A DNA stretch of 64,000 nt from assembly GCA_963667665.2 (NCBI GenBank), contig OY763927.2, forward strand, positions 1,344,001-1,408,000, given 5' to 3'. Origin of the DNA: Nitrosopumilus sp. (GTDB lineage: Archaea; Thermoproteota; Nitrososphaeria; Nitrososphaerales; Nitrosopumilaceae). The number at the start of each line of letters is the position of its first letter. The first letter of the stretch is position 1. A program made the position numbers and the translations under genes. This document shows, piece after piece, positions 46,763 through 56,856 of the stretch. The notes beneath the pieces were generated by a model. That model did not search any database and was not told the origin of the DNA. It saw nothing but the letters and a program-made list of their open reading frames with translations.

Positions 46763-47247
46763 ATGAGCAAACACAACGTAGAATATATCATTATTTAAAG
46801 AAAAAAAATATAGAAAATTTTATAGGAGTACCTGATTCTACACTAAAGTACTTTATCGATGAATGTCAAAAAAATAACAATGTAATCATTACAACCAGAG
46901 AAGAAGAAGCCATAGGTATTGCTACTGGAATGTATCTTTCTAAAAGTTCCTCATTAGTCTTTATGCAAAATGCAGGATTTGCTAATTCAATTAGTACAAT
47001 TACTTCTCTTGTTCAACTGTATGAAATTCCTTTAATTTTACTTATTGGGTGGAGGGGTTATCTTGTAGACGATGCTCCTGAACATCTAAAAATTGGCAAA
47101 ATCCAGCCTGAGCTTCTAAAGATTATGGAACTAAAATCAAAAATTATCACAGATAAAAATTGGAAATCAATGTGTGATTGGGCATTAAATCAGATTAAAG
47201 AAAAAAAACCATGTGCACTTGTAATTAAGAGGATATTTCATGATTAG
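46759..47247 (+). CDS. Phosphonopyruvate decarboxylase alpha subunit (ComD-like)
   Basis: GVPDS, TREEEAIG, MQNAG, GWRG, PEH. Confidence 0.85.
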   Translation: MNEQTQRRIYHYLKKKNIENFIGVPDSTLKYFIDECQKNNNVIITTREEEAIGIATGMYLSKSSSLVFMQNAGFANSISTITSLVQLYEIPLILLIGWRGYLVDDAPEHLKIGKIQPELLKIMELKSKIITDKNWKSMCDWALNQIKEKKPCALVIKRIFHD

Positions 47248-47788
47248 AAAAGAAGTTGTGAAAATTATTGCAAAAAGTGTTGGAAAAAATCCAATTGTAT
47301 CAGCAAATGGGTTTATGAGTAGAGATTTGTTTGAAGTTAACGATAAAGAATCAAATTTTTACATGATTGGTTCAATGGGTCTTGCTTCATCAATTGGATT
47401 AGGCATTGCAGTGAAAAATCCAAAAAAACGGGTTTTTATTTTTGATGGAGATGGAAATATTCTAATGAATTTAGGTTCATTAGTAACGATAGGGAGTCTA
47501 GCACCAAAAAATTTGATTCATGTAGTATTTGATAATAATAGTCATGAATCAACAGGAGGACAACCCACAAATTCATCAAAAATTAATTTAGAAAAAATAG
47601 CAAAAAATACAGGATATAAAATCTTTAAAATAAAATCAAAAGATAAACTAGTATCAATTTTAAAAAATATAAGAAAATATCAGGGGCCAATTTTTCTCTT
47701 GATAAAAATCTCAAAAAGTAAAGAAAGAAGTGACAGAGTTCTGTGGAAACCTAAAACTATTAGAGACCGAGTAATGAAATCATTATAG
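47240..47788 (+). CDS. Phosphonopyruvate decarboxylase beta subunit (ComE-like, TPP-binding)
   Basis: FYMIGSMG, DGDG...DN, HESTGGQ. Confidence 0.85.
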   Translation: MIRKEVVKIIAKSVGKNPIVSANGFMSRDLFEVNDKESNFYMIGSMGLASSIGLGIAVKNPKKRVFIFDGDGNILMNLGSLVTIGSLAPKNLIHVVFDNNSHESTGGQPTNSSKINLEKIAKNTGYKIFKIKSKDKLVSILKNIRKYQGPIFLLIKISKSKERSDRVLWKPKTIRDRVMKSL

Positions 47789-47795
47789 AAATTTT

Positions 47796-48545
47796 ATGAA
47801 AGCAATAATTATTGCAGCTGGTTCTGCAAAAAGATTAGATTTACACACCAAAGAATTACCTAAAGGATTATTGGATATTAACGGAAAAACCATCCTTGAA
47901 AGACAGATAGATTTGCTAAAAAGGAAAAATATTCAAGAGATCATAATAATAACAGGTCCCCATAAAGAGAAATTCAAATTTGACAAAGTTAGATATGTTG
48001 AAGATTTAGAACATGAAAAACATGATGTACTTTTGAGCCTAATGGCAGCTAAGCATGAGATTAAAGGGGATGTAATTATTACATATTCAGATATTCTATT
48101 TGATGAAAAAATTCTTCAACAAATTATTAATTCAAAAGTAAACATAGGAATTGCAATAGATATGAATTGGGAACAAAATTATGAAAATCGGACAGAACAT
48201 CCAAAAGAACAAGCTGACAATGTAATTATTGAAAATAATAAAATTGTTAAAATAAAAAAGAATATTACAAAAATATCAAATGAACAAAAAAATGGAGAGT
48301 TTATTGGAATAATAAAATTCTCTGATAAAGGTTCTATAATATTTGTAAATGAATTCAATAAGCTGGAAAAAAATATTTCAAAACCATTTCATGATGTACC
48401 ATCATTTGAGAAGGCATATTTGACAGATATGATACAAGAGTTGATTGAACAAAATATTCTTGTTGAACCAATTATTGTAGATGGGGATTGGTGTGAAATT
48501 GATACACCTCAAGACTTTGAAAATGCAAAAAAGAAATATAACTGA
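47796..48545 (+). CDS. LicC/PntC-like phosphonate cytidylyltransferase
   Basis: IIAAGSAKRL, PKGL, YSDILF, GEFIG, WCEIDT; in pepM operon. Confidence 0.75.
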   Translation: MKAIIIAAGSAKRLDLHTKELPKGLLDINGKTILERQIDLLKRKNIQEIIIITGPHKEKFKFDKVRYVEDLEHEKHDVLLSLMAAKHEIKGDVIITYSDILFDEKILQQIINSKVNIGIAIDMNWEQNYENRTEHPKEQADNVIIENNKIVKIKKNITKISNEQKNGEFIGIIKFSDKGSIIFVNEFNKLEKNISKPFHDVPSFEKAYLTDMIQELIEQNILVEPIIVDGDWCEIDTPQDFENAKKKYN

Positions 48546-48551
48546 ATTATG

Positions 48552-49667
48552 TTATAAATAATGTTGAATTTCTTTCCAAAGCATTACTTCAACTTGTAAA
48601 TTTTTACCAGCAAGATTATTTTCTTCATCAGGATCAAACTCTAAATCATAAAGCTCTTTCGAATTGTTATATTCATTAAAGATTAATTTCCATTTTGAAG
48701 TCCTTATCGATTTAGTATTTGGATTTTCTGGAGGTCGTTTATCTTTAAGAGGATTACCAGTTTCAGAAAATGCAAATTTTTCTTCAGTAGTAATTCCTTT
48801 GATTAATGGGATGAGAGATTCGCCATCAATTTTTTCAAATTTATCAGATTGTGGTATGTTAAGATAATCTAAAATTGTAGGCATGAAATCGATGGTTCTA
48901 ATTTGCTGTTTTATCTCAATGGACTGTATTTCAGGATATACAAAGTAGGTAAAAGTTCGTAATGTATAATCATAACAAAATACACCATAGGCTCGTTCAC
49001 CAACTTTTTCTCCAACACTAATTCCATGATCAGACATCACCAAAAGTAGAGAATTTTTATCTAAATCAAGAGAATTAATTTTTTTAAGAATTGCTTCTAA
49101 ATAAATTTCTGCATGATAGAATAATTTATCATATCGTTTTTCATTTATATTTTTATTTGAGAAATAGTTTGAACTAAAATTTTCATAAACTTTCAATACT
49201 TCATTCATAATTCCAGTATGAATATTACTATATTGAAGATATAAGAAAAAATTTTTCCCTTCAGAATTTTTTTTTTTCATATCTGTAAGGAAATTACAAT
49301 GACGTAAAGTCAAATTATCTTTTAATTCATCATGAATTAAAAATTCATCAAATCCCTGTTGAGGAATTACTAATTTATTAACGACATCTGCAAGAGTATA
49401 ATATTCTTCATCATGTAGATATTCAGTCAAAGATTTGAATTTGTCTTTTTTAAATTTGAAAGTAGACCAATAACTATCAGTGCCAGTTCTATTGCCATAA
49501 GTACCACTAAAAACTGCATGCATAGCAGCAATTGTATGAGGACCATAAGTTATAGATTGAGAGAAAAATGCTGAAGTTTTTTTTAAGTTATTAAAAATAT
49601 TAGATTTTAAAGCACGATCTAATCTTCCACCATCAATCATTAAAATAATTACATTTTTTCTATTCAT
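48552..49667 (-). CDS. Alkaline phosphatase/sulfatase-superfamily protein
   Basis: NVIILMIDG, SDHG, IDFMPT, LYDLEFDPDE. Confidence 0.85.
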   Translation of the reverse strand: MNRKNVIILMIDGGRLDRALKSNIFNNLKKTSAFFSQSITYGPHTIAAMHAVFSGTYGNRTGTDSYWSTFKFKKDKFKSLTEYLHDEEYYTLADVVNKLVIPQQGFDEFLIHDELKDNLTLRHCNFLTDMKKKNSEGKNFFLYLQYSNIHTGIMNEVLKVYENFSSNYFSNKNINEKRYDKLFYHAEIYLEAILKKINSLDLDKNSLLLVMSDHGISVGEKVGERAYGVFCYDYTLRTFTYFVYPEIQSIEIKQQIRTIDFMPTILDYLNIPQSDKFEKIDGESLIPLIKGITTEEKFAFSETGNPLKDKRPPENPNTKSIRTSKWKLIFNEYNNSKELYDLEFDPDEENNLAGKNLQVEVMLWKEIQHYL

Positions 49668-49821
49668 AATTCACATATACTGTAATAATTAAATAAAAAT
49701 GGTTCTGAGAGGGATATGAATTAGTACAATAAGTGATTAATTTGATTAAAATCCAAGAAATTGTAGGGGATTTTAAAAAAAATAGCATTTTTTTATATAG
49801 AGCATTTTAGAAATCAAGTAA

Positions 49822-50709
49822 ATGAAAGTAGCAGTAGGAATTCCAGCATATAATGAAGAAGGAAAAATTGCTAAAATTTTGGCCGGTTTAAATGAAATCA
49901 CAGATACAGTGATTGTATGTGATGATGGTTCAACGGATATGACAGAAAAAATTGCTAAGAAAATGGGAGCAATAGTAGTAAAACACGAAAAAAACTTGGG
50001 CTATGGAGCTGCTATAAGAGATATTTTTTTAAAATCTAGAGAAATTGGCTGTGATGTTCTAGTAACATTTGATGCAGATGGACAACATAGAATTGAAGAT
50101 ATAAATTCTGTTTTACTGCCAATTCAGAAAAATGAAGCAGATATGGTTATAGGATCTAGATTTTTAGATGATGTTCAAAAAAATATTCCGAAGTTTAGAA
50201 AAATAGGGATAAAAACTATCAATAAATTAACTAATACAAGCGGTGAACAAAAAATAACCGATACCCAAAGTGGGTTAAGAGCATATAGTAAGAAAGTTTT
50301 GGAAGCTATTACTCCATCAGACTTTGGAATGGGTGTTTCAACAGAAATTTTGATCAAAGCAAATTCAAAAAAATTTAAAATTAAAGAAGTTCCAATTGTG
50401 GTCTTGTATGGCAAGGATACTTCAACTCATAATGCAACATCGCACGGAATTTCAGTAATTCTTAGTACTATCAAGTTCATATCTATTGAAAAACCGATCT
50501 CATTTTATGGATTACCAGGTTTAACATTATTTGGAATTGGGTTATTCTTTATTTTTTGGACTATTCAAGAATTTACTGTAACACGGGAGATTATTACAAA
50601 CATATCTCTAATCGGAATAGGTTCCACAATATTGGGAATAATTCTAATCATGACTGCAATTATTCTTTTTTCTCTTGTAAGTGTTGTAAGAGAACGCCAC
50701 AGTAAATAA
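49822..50709 (+). CDS. GT2 polyprenol-phosphate glycosyltransferase (DPM1-like)
   Basis: IPAYNEE, DDGSTD, NLGYG, DADGQH, GSRF, DTQSG, two C-terminal TMs. Confidence 0.9.
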   Translation: MKVAVGIPAYNEEGKIAKILAGLNEITDTVIVCDDGSTDMTEKIAKKMGAIVVKHEKNLGYGAAIRDIFLKSREIGCDVLVTFDADGQHRIEDINSVLLPIQKNEADMVIGSRFLDDVQKNIPKFRKIGIKTINKLTNTSGEQKITDTQSGLRAYSKKVLEAITPSDFGMGVSTEILIKANSKKFKIKEVPIVVLYGKDTSTHNATSHGISVILSTIKFISIEKPISFYGLPGLTLFGIGLFFIFWTIQEFTVTREIITNISLIGIGSTILGIILIMTAIILFSLVSVVRERHSK

Positions 50710-50764
50710 AACTAGATTATATCTCTGTATACATTTAGAAGTTCAGACAATTTGTAGAATTTAG

Positions 50765-51913
50765 ATGCTAAATAAATTAAAAGATCTTACAACTGTTGTT
50801 GTTGCTAATGGATTATCTACACTGATACTAGGACTTTTTTGGTTTTATATGGCAGGATTACTTGGAACAGAAAATTATGGGCATGTAAGCTATTTTATTG
50901 CAGCAGCCAGCATAGGTTATGTAATTTCTCTATTAGGAGGAAGTAACACTGTGTTAGTTTTTACAGCTAAGGAAAACAAAAAACAGCCGACTATTCACAT
51001 TTTTCCATTAATAATTAGTGGAATAGCAGCTGTAATAACTTATTTCATATTTTGGAATATAGGAGTTAGTTTATTCATAATTGGAAATGTTGTATTTACA
51101 CTAGTTATTTCAGAATTACTTGGTGAAAAAAATTATAGTTTATTTGGAAAAGTTGTTATCTCACAAAAAATTTTTCTAGTTGTATTATCAATTGGATTAT
51201 ACTATTTAATTGGAATAGATGGTGTGATTTTAGGATATGCAATTTCTTTTTATCCATACTTTTGGTTTATCATAAAATCTTTTAAAGCAGGAAAAATTGA
51301 TTTTGGAATACTTAAAACTCGAATGCATTTTATGTTAAATAGTTATTCTATGGATTTATCGAGACGATTATCATGGTCAGCTGATAAATTAATTATTTTA
51401 CCATTATTTGGATTTGTATTACTAGGAAATTATCAATTAGGTTTCCAGTTTTTAATTTTACTAAGTATCATTCCTTCTTCAGTTTATCAATATATTCTCC
51501 CTCAAAATTCATCAGGAAAAAGTAAAGAAAAACTCAAAAAAATTACAATTTTATTTTCAGTTCTTTTAGCATTACTTGGTGTTTTTGTCGCACCAGAATT
51601 AGTCAATACATTCTTCCCACAATATCAAGAAACAACGGAAATAATTAGAATTATGAGTTTAGCTATTATTCCAATCACAATTAATTATATGTACACTGCA
51701 AAGTTTTTGGGGATAGAAAAAACTAAGTTTATCCTCATAGGCGCAATACTTTTTGTTTCAATTCAATTTGCTGGAATTTATCTTCTTGGAGAAATATTTG
51801 GAATTAATGGTGCTGCAATATCATTAGTTCTAGGAGCATCATCTCAATCCATTTTCCTCGTTTTATCAGATAAATTTTTCATTAAAGATAATTACGTTGA
51901 GGAAAAAAGCTGA
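50765..51913 (+). CDS. Wzx-like oligosaccharide flippase
   Basis: About 12 TM, LLGTENYG, ADKLII, LGNYQ. Confidence 0.8.
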   Translation: MLNKLKDLTTVVVANGLSTLILGLFWFYMAGLLGTENYGHVSYFIAAASIGYVISLLGGSNTVLVFTAKENKKQPTIHIFPLIISGIAAVITYFIFWNIGVSLFIIGNVVFTLVISELLGEKNYSLFGKVVISQKIFLVVLSIGLYYLIGIDGVILGYAISFYPYFWFIIKSFKAGKIDFGILKTRMHFMLNSYSMDLSRRLSWSADKLIILPLFGFVLLGNYQLGFQFLILLSIIPSSVYQYILPQNSSGKSKEKLKKITILFSVLLALLGVFVAPELVNTFFPQYQETTEIIRIMSLAIIPITINYMYTAKFLGIEKTKFILIGAILFVSIQFAGIYLLGEIFGINGAAISLVLGASSQSIFLVLSDKFFIKDNYVEEKS

Positions 51914-51941
51914 TTATGCATGAAAAAATTGAGAAATTAAA

Positions 51942-53504
51942 ATGGAATTAATTGAAACAATTGAAAAGAAAACTGAATGGATCTTTTCAAAACCAATAAT
52001 TGGAATCATAATAATTTGTTTTGTTAGTATTGGATTACGTGTGTATTTTACACCCTGGTCATCTTTATCAAATTCACCGGATGCAGTATTTTATTTGATA
52101 AATGCGTTAGCTTTATCTGAATTTGGTTATAGTTATTTTCACATAGGATTTTTATGGCCATTAATTTTGTCAATTTTCTTTTCTATGTTTGATTTCCAGA
52201 ATAATTTAGAATATGTAAATTTAATGAGAATTATATCTATGGCAATATCTATTGTCACAATTCCAATAATATTTTTGGTTGCACAAAAATATGTTAAAAC
52301 AAAATTTGCTTTACTTATTTCAGCATTTTTTGCATTTGAGCCAAACTTAATTGAAAATTCAATTTTTGCAATTACTGAACCTTTGTTTATATTACTTGGA
52401 ATGATTACATTTTATTTTATTTTACAAAAAAATATAAAATTCTATTTATTGGCATTTGTTTTTGCAGGGTTATCTTTTGATACAAGAATCAACGGAATTA
52501 TGTTATTATTATTTTTGGTTGGAGTATCTATCATTAGAATTAAAGAGAGAAGAGTTATGTTACAAATAATTCTTGTAGGAATTACAATTTTTGTTGCAGT
52601 AGGTTTTGTACATATATCAATACCTTTAGAACATAATCAAATTCCATATCTATATCATTTTGAAAAGGTGTTTGGAATTATTAATGGAGAAGAAGTATTT
52701 TCTTCTACATATGATCCAACAAAAACACCAGATGGTGCATCTATTATTAAAAATTCATTACTTAACACATTTCTCTATATTTTCCGAATAAGTATTCCAT
52801 ATCTCATTTTATTTGTCCCAATAGGATTAATCATTTCCTTCAGAAATATTAATTTTGAAAAAAAAGTACTATATTTAGCAATAATTCTAACAATAATTAT
52901 TGCTATACCACAAAACACTATGTCAAATGAGTATAGAAATTTATTCTTTTTAATTCCTTTTTTCTGTATTCTTAGTGGAATAGGAATTCAAAAAATCACG
53001 GAGAATTTTAAATTAAAAAATATTTTATTAGTTTTATTAATTGGAGGATTAATTATTTTATCATATAATTTTCTTCGGGAGAGATATGATACAGATCAAG
53101 AAATCATAGAACAAAAAAATAATTTTGGAAAATACATTACAAAAAATTTCAATGGAAATTTTACTGGAGGTGAATTTGTTTGGATTGTACAAAATATGCA
53201 AGATGTAAAATATGTAAGTCTTGAGAAAGCAAAATTTTATTTCAATGATAATTTTGGATTTTTATGGGCAATTAATAGAGTTTATTCTGACGTAGACACT
53301 CTAATGGAAGATATGAAGAAAGAAGATATAGATTATCTAATTATCACTAAGGAACAAGATAAAAGATTTCCAATTTTTTCAAAGATATATAATAATGAAT
53401 CTGAGTTTTCATTTTTAACAAAAATTATCGATACTAAAGAAACAAAAGAATTTGAAAAAATTAATACAAAAATTTTTAAAATTAATTATGATAAGCTTGA
53501 ATAA
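51942..53504 (+). CDS. GT-C fold (ArnT/PMT family) membrane glycosyltransferase
   Basis: PDAVFY loop, TEPLF, TRING, YRNLFFLIP, many TMs. Confidence 0.75.
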   Translation: MELIETIEKKTEWIFSKPIIGIIIICFVSIGLRVYFTPWSSLSNSPDAVFYLINALALSEFGYSYFHIGFLWPLILSIFFSMFDFQNNLEYVNLMRIISMAISIVTIPIIFLVAQKYVKTKFALLISAFFAFEPNLIENSIFAITEPLFILLGMITFYFILQKNIKFYLLAFVFAGLSFDTRINGIMLLLFLVGVSIIRIKERRVMLQIILVGITIFVAVGFVHISIPLEHNQIPYLYHFEKVFGIINGEEVFSSTYDPTKTPDGASIIKNSLLNTFLYIFRISIPYLILFVPIGLIISFRNINFEKKVLYLAIILTIIIAIPQNTMSNEYRNLFFLIPFFCILSGIGIQKITENFKLKNILLVLLIGGLIILSYNFLRERYDTDQEIIEQKNNFGKYITKNFNGNFTGGEFVWIVQNMQDVKYVSLEKAKFYFNDNFGFLWAINRVYSDVDTLMEDMKKEDIDYLIITKEQDKRFPIFSKIYNNESEFSFLTKIIDTKETKEFEKINTKIFKINYDKLE

Positions 53505-54493
53505 AGTTTGAAATATTGTTTTCCAATATTTTTCCAATCATATTTTTCAACTTCATTAATTGCATTTCGTACAATGGAATCTCGAAGTTTTATATCCGAG
53601 AACAACTCATTGACAGATCCTAAAATTTCAGAGTGATTTTGAATCAAAATGCCAGTATTATGATCTGAAAGGATTTCCTTATTTCCACCAACATTTGTTG
53701 CAATTATAGCAGTTTTGCAAGCCATTGCTTCTAGAATACTAGTACTAATTCCTTCAATTAGAGAAGGCTGAATCAAAATATCTGAACCGCGAACAAGAGG
53801 AATGGTTTGTTCAGGTGGTAAATATCCAAGATAATGAATATTGTCTTGTTTTGAAGCTAGTTCAACTTTTTCTTCTTCAGGTCCATTTCCAACAATTAGC
53901 AGACTGGTATCATTTGATAGTTCTTTCATTATTGATAATAATTCTAAAATACCTTTTTCCTTTGATAGTCTTCCAACATAGATAATCTGTTTTTCAAACA
54001 TTTTCTTTTCAGATTGAGGTAAGGAATTAATATCAATTGCATTTGGAATGTGATAAGTATCAAATCCTAATTTTTGATAATGTTCTTGAGCTTCTTTAGA
54101 AACAACAGTTATTGCATCAGCCCATTCTAATGCACTATTCTCGTATTTTTTAGAAAATTTTCCAATAGTTTTACCATGTAACATATCAATTTGTTCAGAA
54201 AAAATTCCATGAAGAGTTAGTATTTTCTTTCCCTTTGCATTCTTCATAGCTTTTGCAGATGGAATGTTATGAACATGAACTATATCATAATTTTTCATAA
54301 ATTTTGTTTTTATAAAAGAAGAAATTAAAAAGCTTGGATTTTTTAATTTTTTAAATGGAATTGTTGGAGTATTTTCTGAAGAAATTATTTCAACTTGATG
54401 CCCATGCTCTTTTAGGAAAGTAATTAAATCTCTGACATGTTGTGCTATTCCTCCAATTCCTGACTGTGTAGGTGAAATAAGTAGAATTTTCAT
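53486..54493 (-). CDS. GT4 glycosyltransferase (copy A)
   Basis: GGIAQH, VGRLSKEKG, EGISTSILEAMA, TNVGG. Confidence 0.92.
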   Translation of the reverse strand: MKILLISPTQSGIGGIAQHVRDLITFLKEHGHQVEIISSENTPTIPFKKLKNPSFLISSFIKTKFMKNYDIVHVHNIPSAKAMKNAKGKKILTLHGIFSEQIDMLHGKTIGKFSKKYENSALEWADAITVVSKEAQEHYQKLGFDTYHIPNAIDINSLPQSEKKMFEKQIIYVGRLSKEKGILELLSIMKELSNDTSLLIVGNGPEEEKVELASKQDNIHYLGYLPPEQTIPLVRGSDILIQPSLIEGISTSILEAMACKTAIIATNVGGNKEILSDHNTGILIQNHSEILGSVNELFSDIKLRDSIVRNAINEVEKYDWKNIGKQYFKLYSSLS

Positions 54494-54686
54494 AAATGAG
54501 ATTTAGATTTAGAACTTTTAAGGTATTGGATTAAAAAATTCTTTTACATTGTTGCTTGTGCTGCATCATGGAACATCTGACTCTTTGCACAACCAGCAGC
54601 GAGTTCATCGCCTGCTCCACGTCTCATAAGACCACGATAAAGGCCATCTTCTAGTTTGACGCCTTCTCTTTCTTCCCATTCCTCTA
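54274..54686. repeat. 413-bp direct repeat, copy A (tes 3' end + spacer + GT4 5' end)
   Basis: Matches 57656-58068 at offset 3382 with 2 mismatches (54389, 54637). Confidence 0.95.
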
Positions 54687-54696
54687 GCTGTTGCAT
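54544..54696 (-). pseudogene. Duplicated 3' fragment of tes, open as a 50-aa ORF
   Basis: MQQL-EEWEEREGVKLEDGLYRGLMRRGAGDELAAGCAKSQMFHDAAQATM; last 46 aa identical to Tes C-terminus. Confidence 0.8.
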
Positions 54697-54880
54697 TAGT
54701 TTTATCTAGTACAGCTGAAGCAATATTTCTATTTATTGTAAAAAAAACACAAAAAATTAATAAAGTTACGTAAGAATCAATAGAAATCCTTTGTTATAAA
54801 TTTAAAATCATTCAGCTTTAAATCTAAATGTTATTAAATGAATAAAAATAAAATTTCAAGTCAATAAATTAGTAAAATAA

Positions 54881-55885
54881 TTAATATAGATTTTTTAATA
54901 TTTTAGTTATTTCTTTTTTGGTAATTGGTTTTAAATTTTTAAAATATTGCTCTACATTAATTGCTTTTTTTGAATTTTTATATTTAGTTTTTGAAAATGG
55001 TTTGAATAAAGATGGTAGAATAAAAAAATCTTTAGTTTCCAATACATGCTCCATTTCAAAATCAGTAAGAAGATATTCAAATAACTTCTCACCAGGTCTA
55101 ATTCCAATATGTTTTGTCTTAATTTGAGTGGGTTTGAATCCATATTTTGGAGCTAGAATTTCTTTCATTACTTCAAAGAGTTCATTCAAATTCAATAATT
55201 GCATTTTAAGAATAAAAATTTCGCCTCCAGTAGCAATATTAGTTGCATTTACAATTAATTTAACAGCATCATTTTTAGTCATGAAAAATCGTTTCATTCT
55301 TTTATCAGTAAGTGTTATTGGTCCACCGTTTTTGATTTGATCTTCAATTCTAGGTAAAATTGAACCTCTTGTATGAAAAACATTTCCAAATCTTACAGAT
55401 GCAAAAATGGTTTTTGAATGTGAATTGAATGCTTCAGCAGATAATAATTTTTCACCCAACAGCTTAGTTGCCCCCATAACACCTATTGGGTTAACTGCTT
55501 TATCAGAACTTATAGAAATTACTTTTTTTACATTTTCATTTACAGCTGCTTTAACAATGTTATTTGTTCCAATAATGTTGACAGTAAAAGTTTCAAAAGG
55601 ATTTAGTTCGCATCTATCAACATGCTTTAAAGCAGCAGCATGAAAGATAATATCAATACCTTTTACTGCAAAATTTACTGTTTCAGAGTTTCTAATATCA
55701 CCTACAACATATTCAATTTTTTTATTTGTAAAAATTTGTTCCATTTCATATAAGCCATTTTCATCATTACTGAAAACTTTGATAGATTTTGCTCCATCTT
55801 CTAAAGCTTTTTTTACAATTGACTGACCAATAGAACCGGAACCACCAGTAACTAGAATATTTTTATTTTTTAGAATTGAAGTCAT
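54881..55885 (-). CDS. UDP-GlcNAc 4,6-dehydratase family (PseB/FlaA1/CapD-like)
   Basis: TGGSGSIG, HAAALKHV, SSDKAVNP, MGATK, VRFGNV, GIRPGEK. Confidence 0.88.
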   Translation of the reverse strand: MTSILKNKNILVTGGSGSIGQSIVKKALEDGAKSIKVFSNDENGLYEMEQIFTNKKIEYVVGDIRNSETVNFAVKGIDIIFHAAALKHVDRCELNPFETFTVNIIGTNNIVKAAVNENVKKVISISSDKAVNPIGVMGATKLLGEKLLSAEAFNSHSKTIFASVRFGNVFHTRGSILPRIEDQIKNGGPITLTDKRMKRFFMTKNDAVKLIVNATNIATGGEIFILKMQLLNLNELFEVMKEILAPKYGFKPTQIKTKHIGIRPGEKLFEYLLTDFEMEHVLETKDFFILPSLFKPFSKTKYKNSKKAINVEQYFKNLKPITKKEITKILKNLY

Positions 55886-56016
55886 TTATTAAATCACTAA
55901 AATACTAATTAATTAATCATGTCACACTCAACAAATTTACAAAAAATAATCAAAATTATGAAATACTTGACTATTAACAAGAAAAGCCATAGATGGATGT
56001 AATTTATGAGTAGACT

Positions 56017-56856
56017 ATGGATTCAATATTAGTTACAGGTTCATCGGGATTTATTGGAAGAAAAATTATAGAAAGATTATCCAAATCAGAAGTTTTAACA
56101 GATTCGGATAATTCTAAGCGAATAGATTTACGAAATATAAAAGAAGTATTAAAGATTGATTCTGCCGATGTCGTAATTCATTTAGCTGGAAAAACACCCA
56201 AGAAGGAATTAAAATGGAATAATTATTTTGATAATAATGTATCTGGGACATTAAATGTTTTAGAATACTGTATTAAAAAAAAAGTAAAAAAGTTGATTTA
56301 TGTAAGTAGTTATGTTTATGGTAATCCAGAATATTGTCCAATTGATGAAAATCATCCTGTAAATCCACATAGTGCTTATAATGAAAGTAAATATCTTGGA
56401 GAAAGATTATGCAAGTTCTATTGCGATAAAACTAAACTTAATTTAACAATACTAAGACCATTTAATATTTTTGGAGAATCAATGAATGAGGGTTTTTTGC
56501 TAACAAATCTAATCAATGCAGTAAAAACTGATAAAAAAATTACAATTGTAAATAAAAATAGTAAAAGAGATTTTTTATATATTGATGATTTTATTGATTT
56601 GGTTTTAAAGATCAAAGATTATAATTGTAAATTTGAAATTTTTAATGTTGGTACAGGGATTTCATTTTCATTTAATGATATTATTAAAAATATTGAATAC
56701 ATTACATCAAAAAAGCTAAATTTGGATTATTTAGAAGATGATAAAATATTCATTGGTGATATACAAGCTGATATTTCAAAGATTAAAAGGAAATTAAATT
56801 GGAAACCCAAAATTGAATTTGAAGAAGGGTTAAAAAAAATACTAAAAAATTGTTAG
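56017..56856 (+). CDS. NAD-dependent epimerase/dehydratase
   Basis: TGSSGFIG, SSYVYG, YNESK, RPFNIFG, KRDF. Confidence 0.88.
   Translation: MDSILVTGSSGFIGRKIIERLSKSEVLTDSDNSKRIDLRNIKEVLKIDSADVVIHLAGKTPKKELKWNNYFDNNVSGTLNVLEYCIKKKVKKLIYVSSYVYGNPEYCPIDENHPVNPHSAYNESKYLGERLCKFYCDKTKLNLTILRPFNIFGESMNEGFLLTNLINAVKTDKKITIVNKNSKRDFLYIDDFIDLVLKIKDYNCKFEIFNVGTGISFSFNDIIKNIEYITSKKLNLDYLEDDKIFIGDIQADISKIKRKLNWKPKIEFEEGLKKILKNC

Noticed and set aside
46759-47788. Coenzyme M biosynthesis comD/comE
   Set aside because: Overlap with a motif-verified pepM indicates phosphonopyruvate decarboxylase; no other com genes in the window
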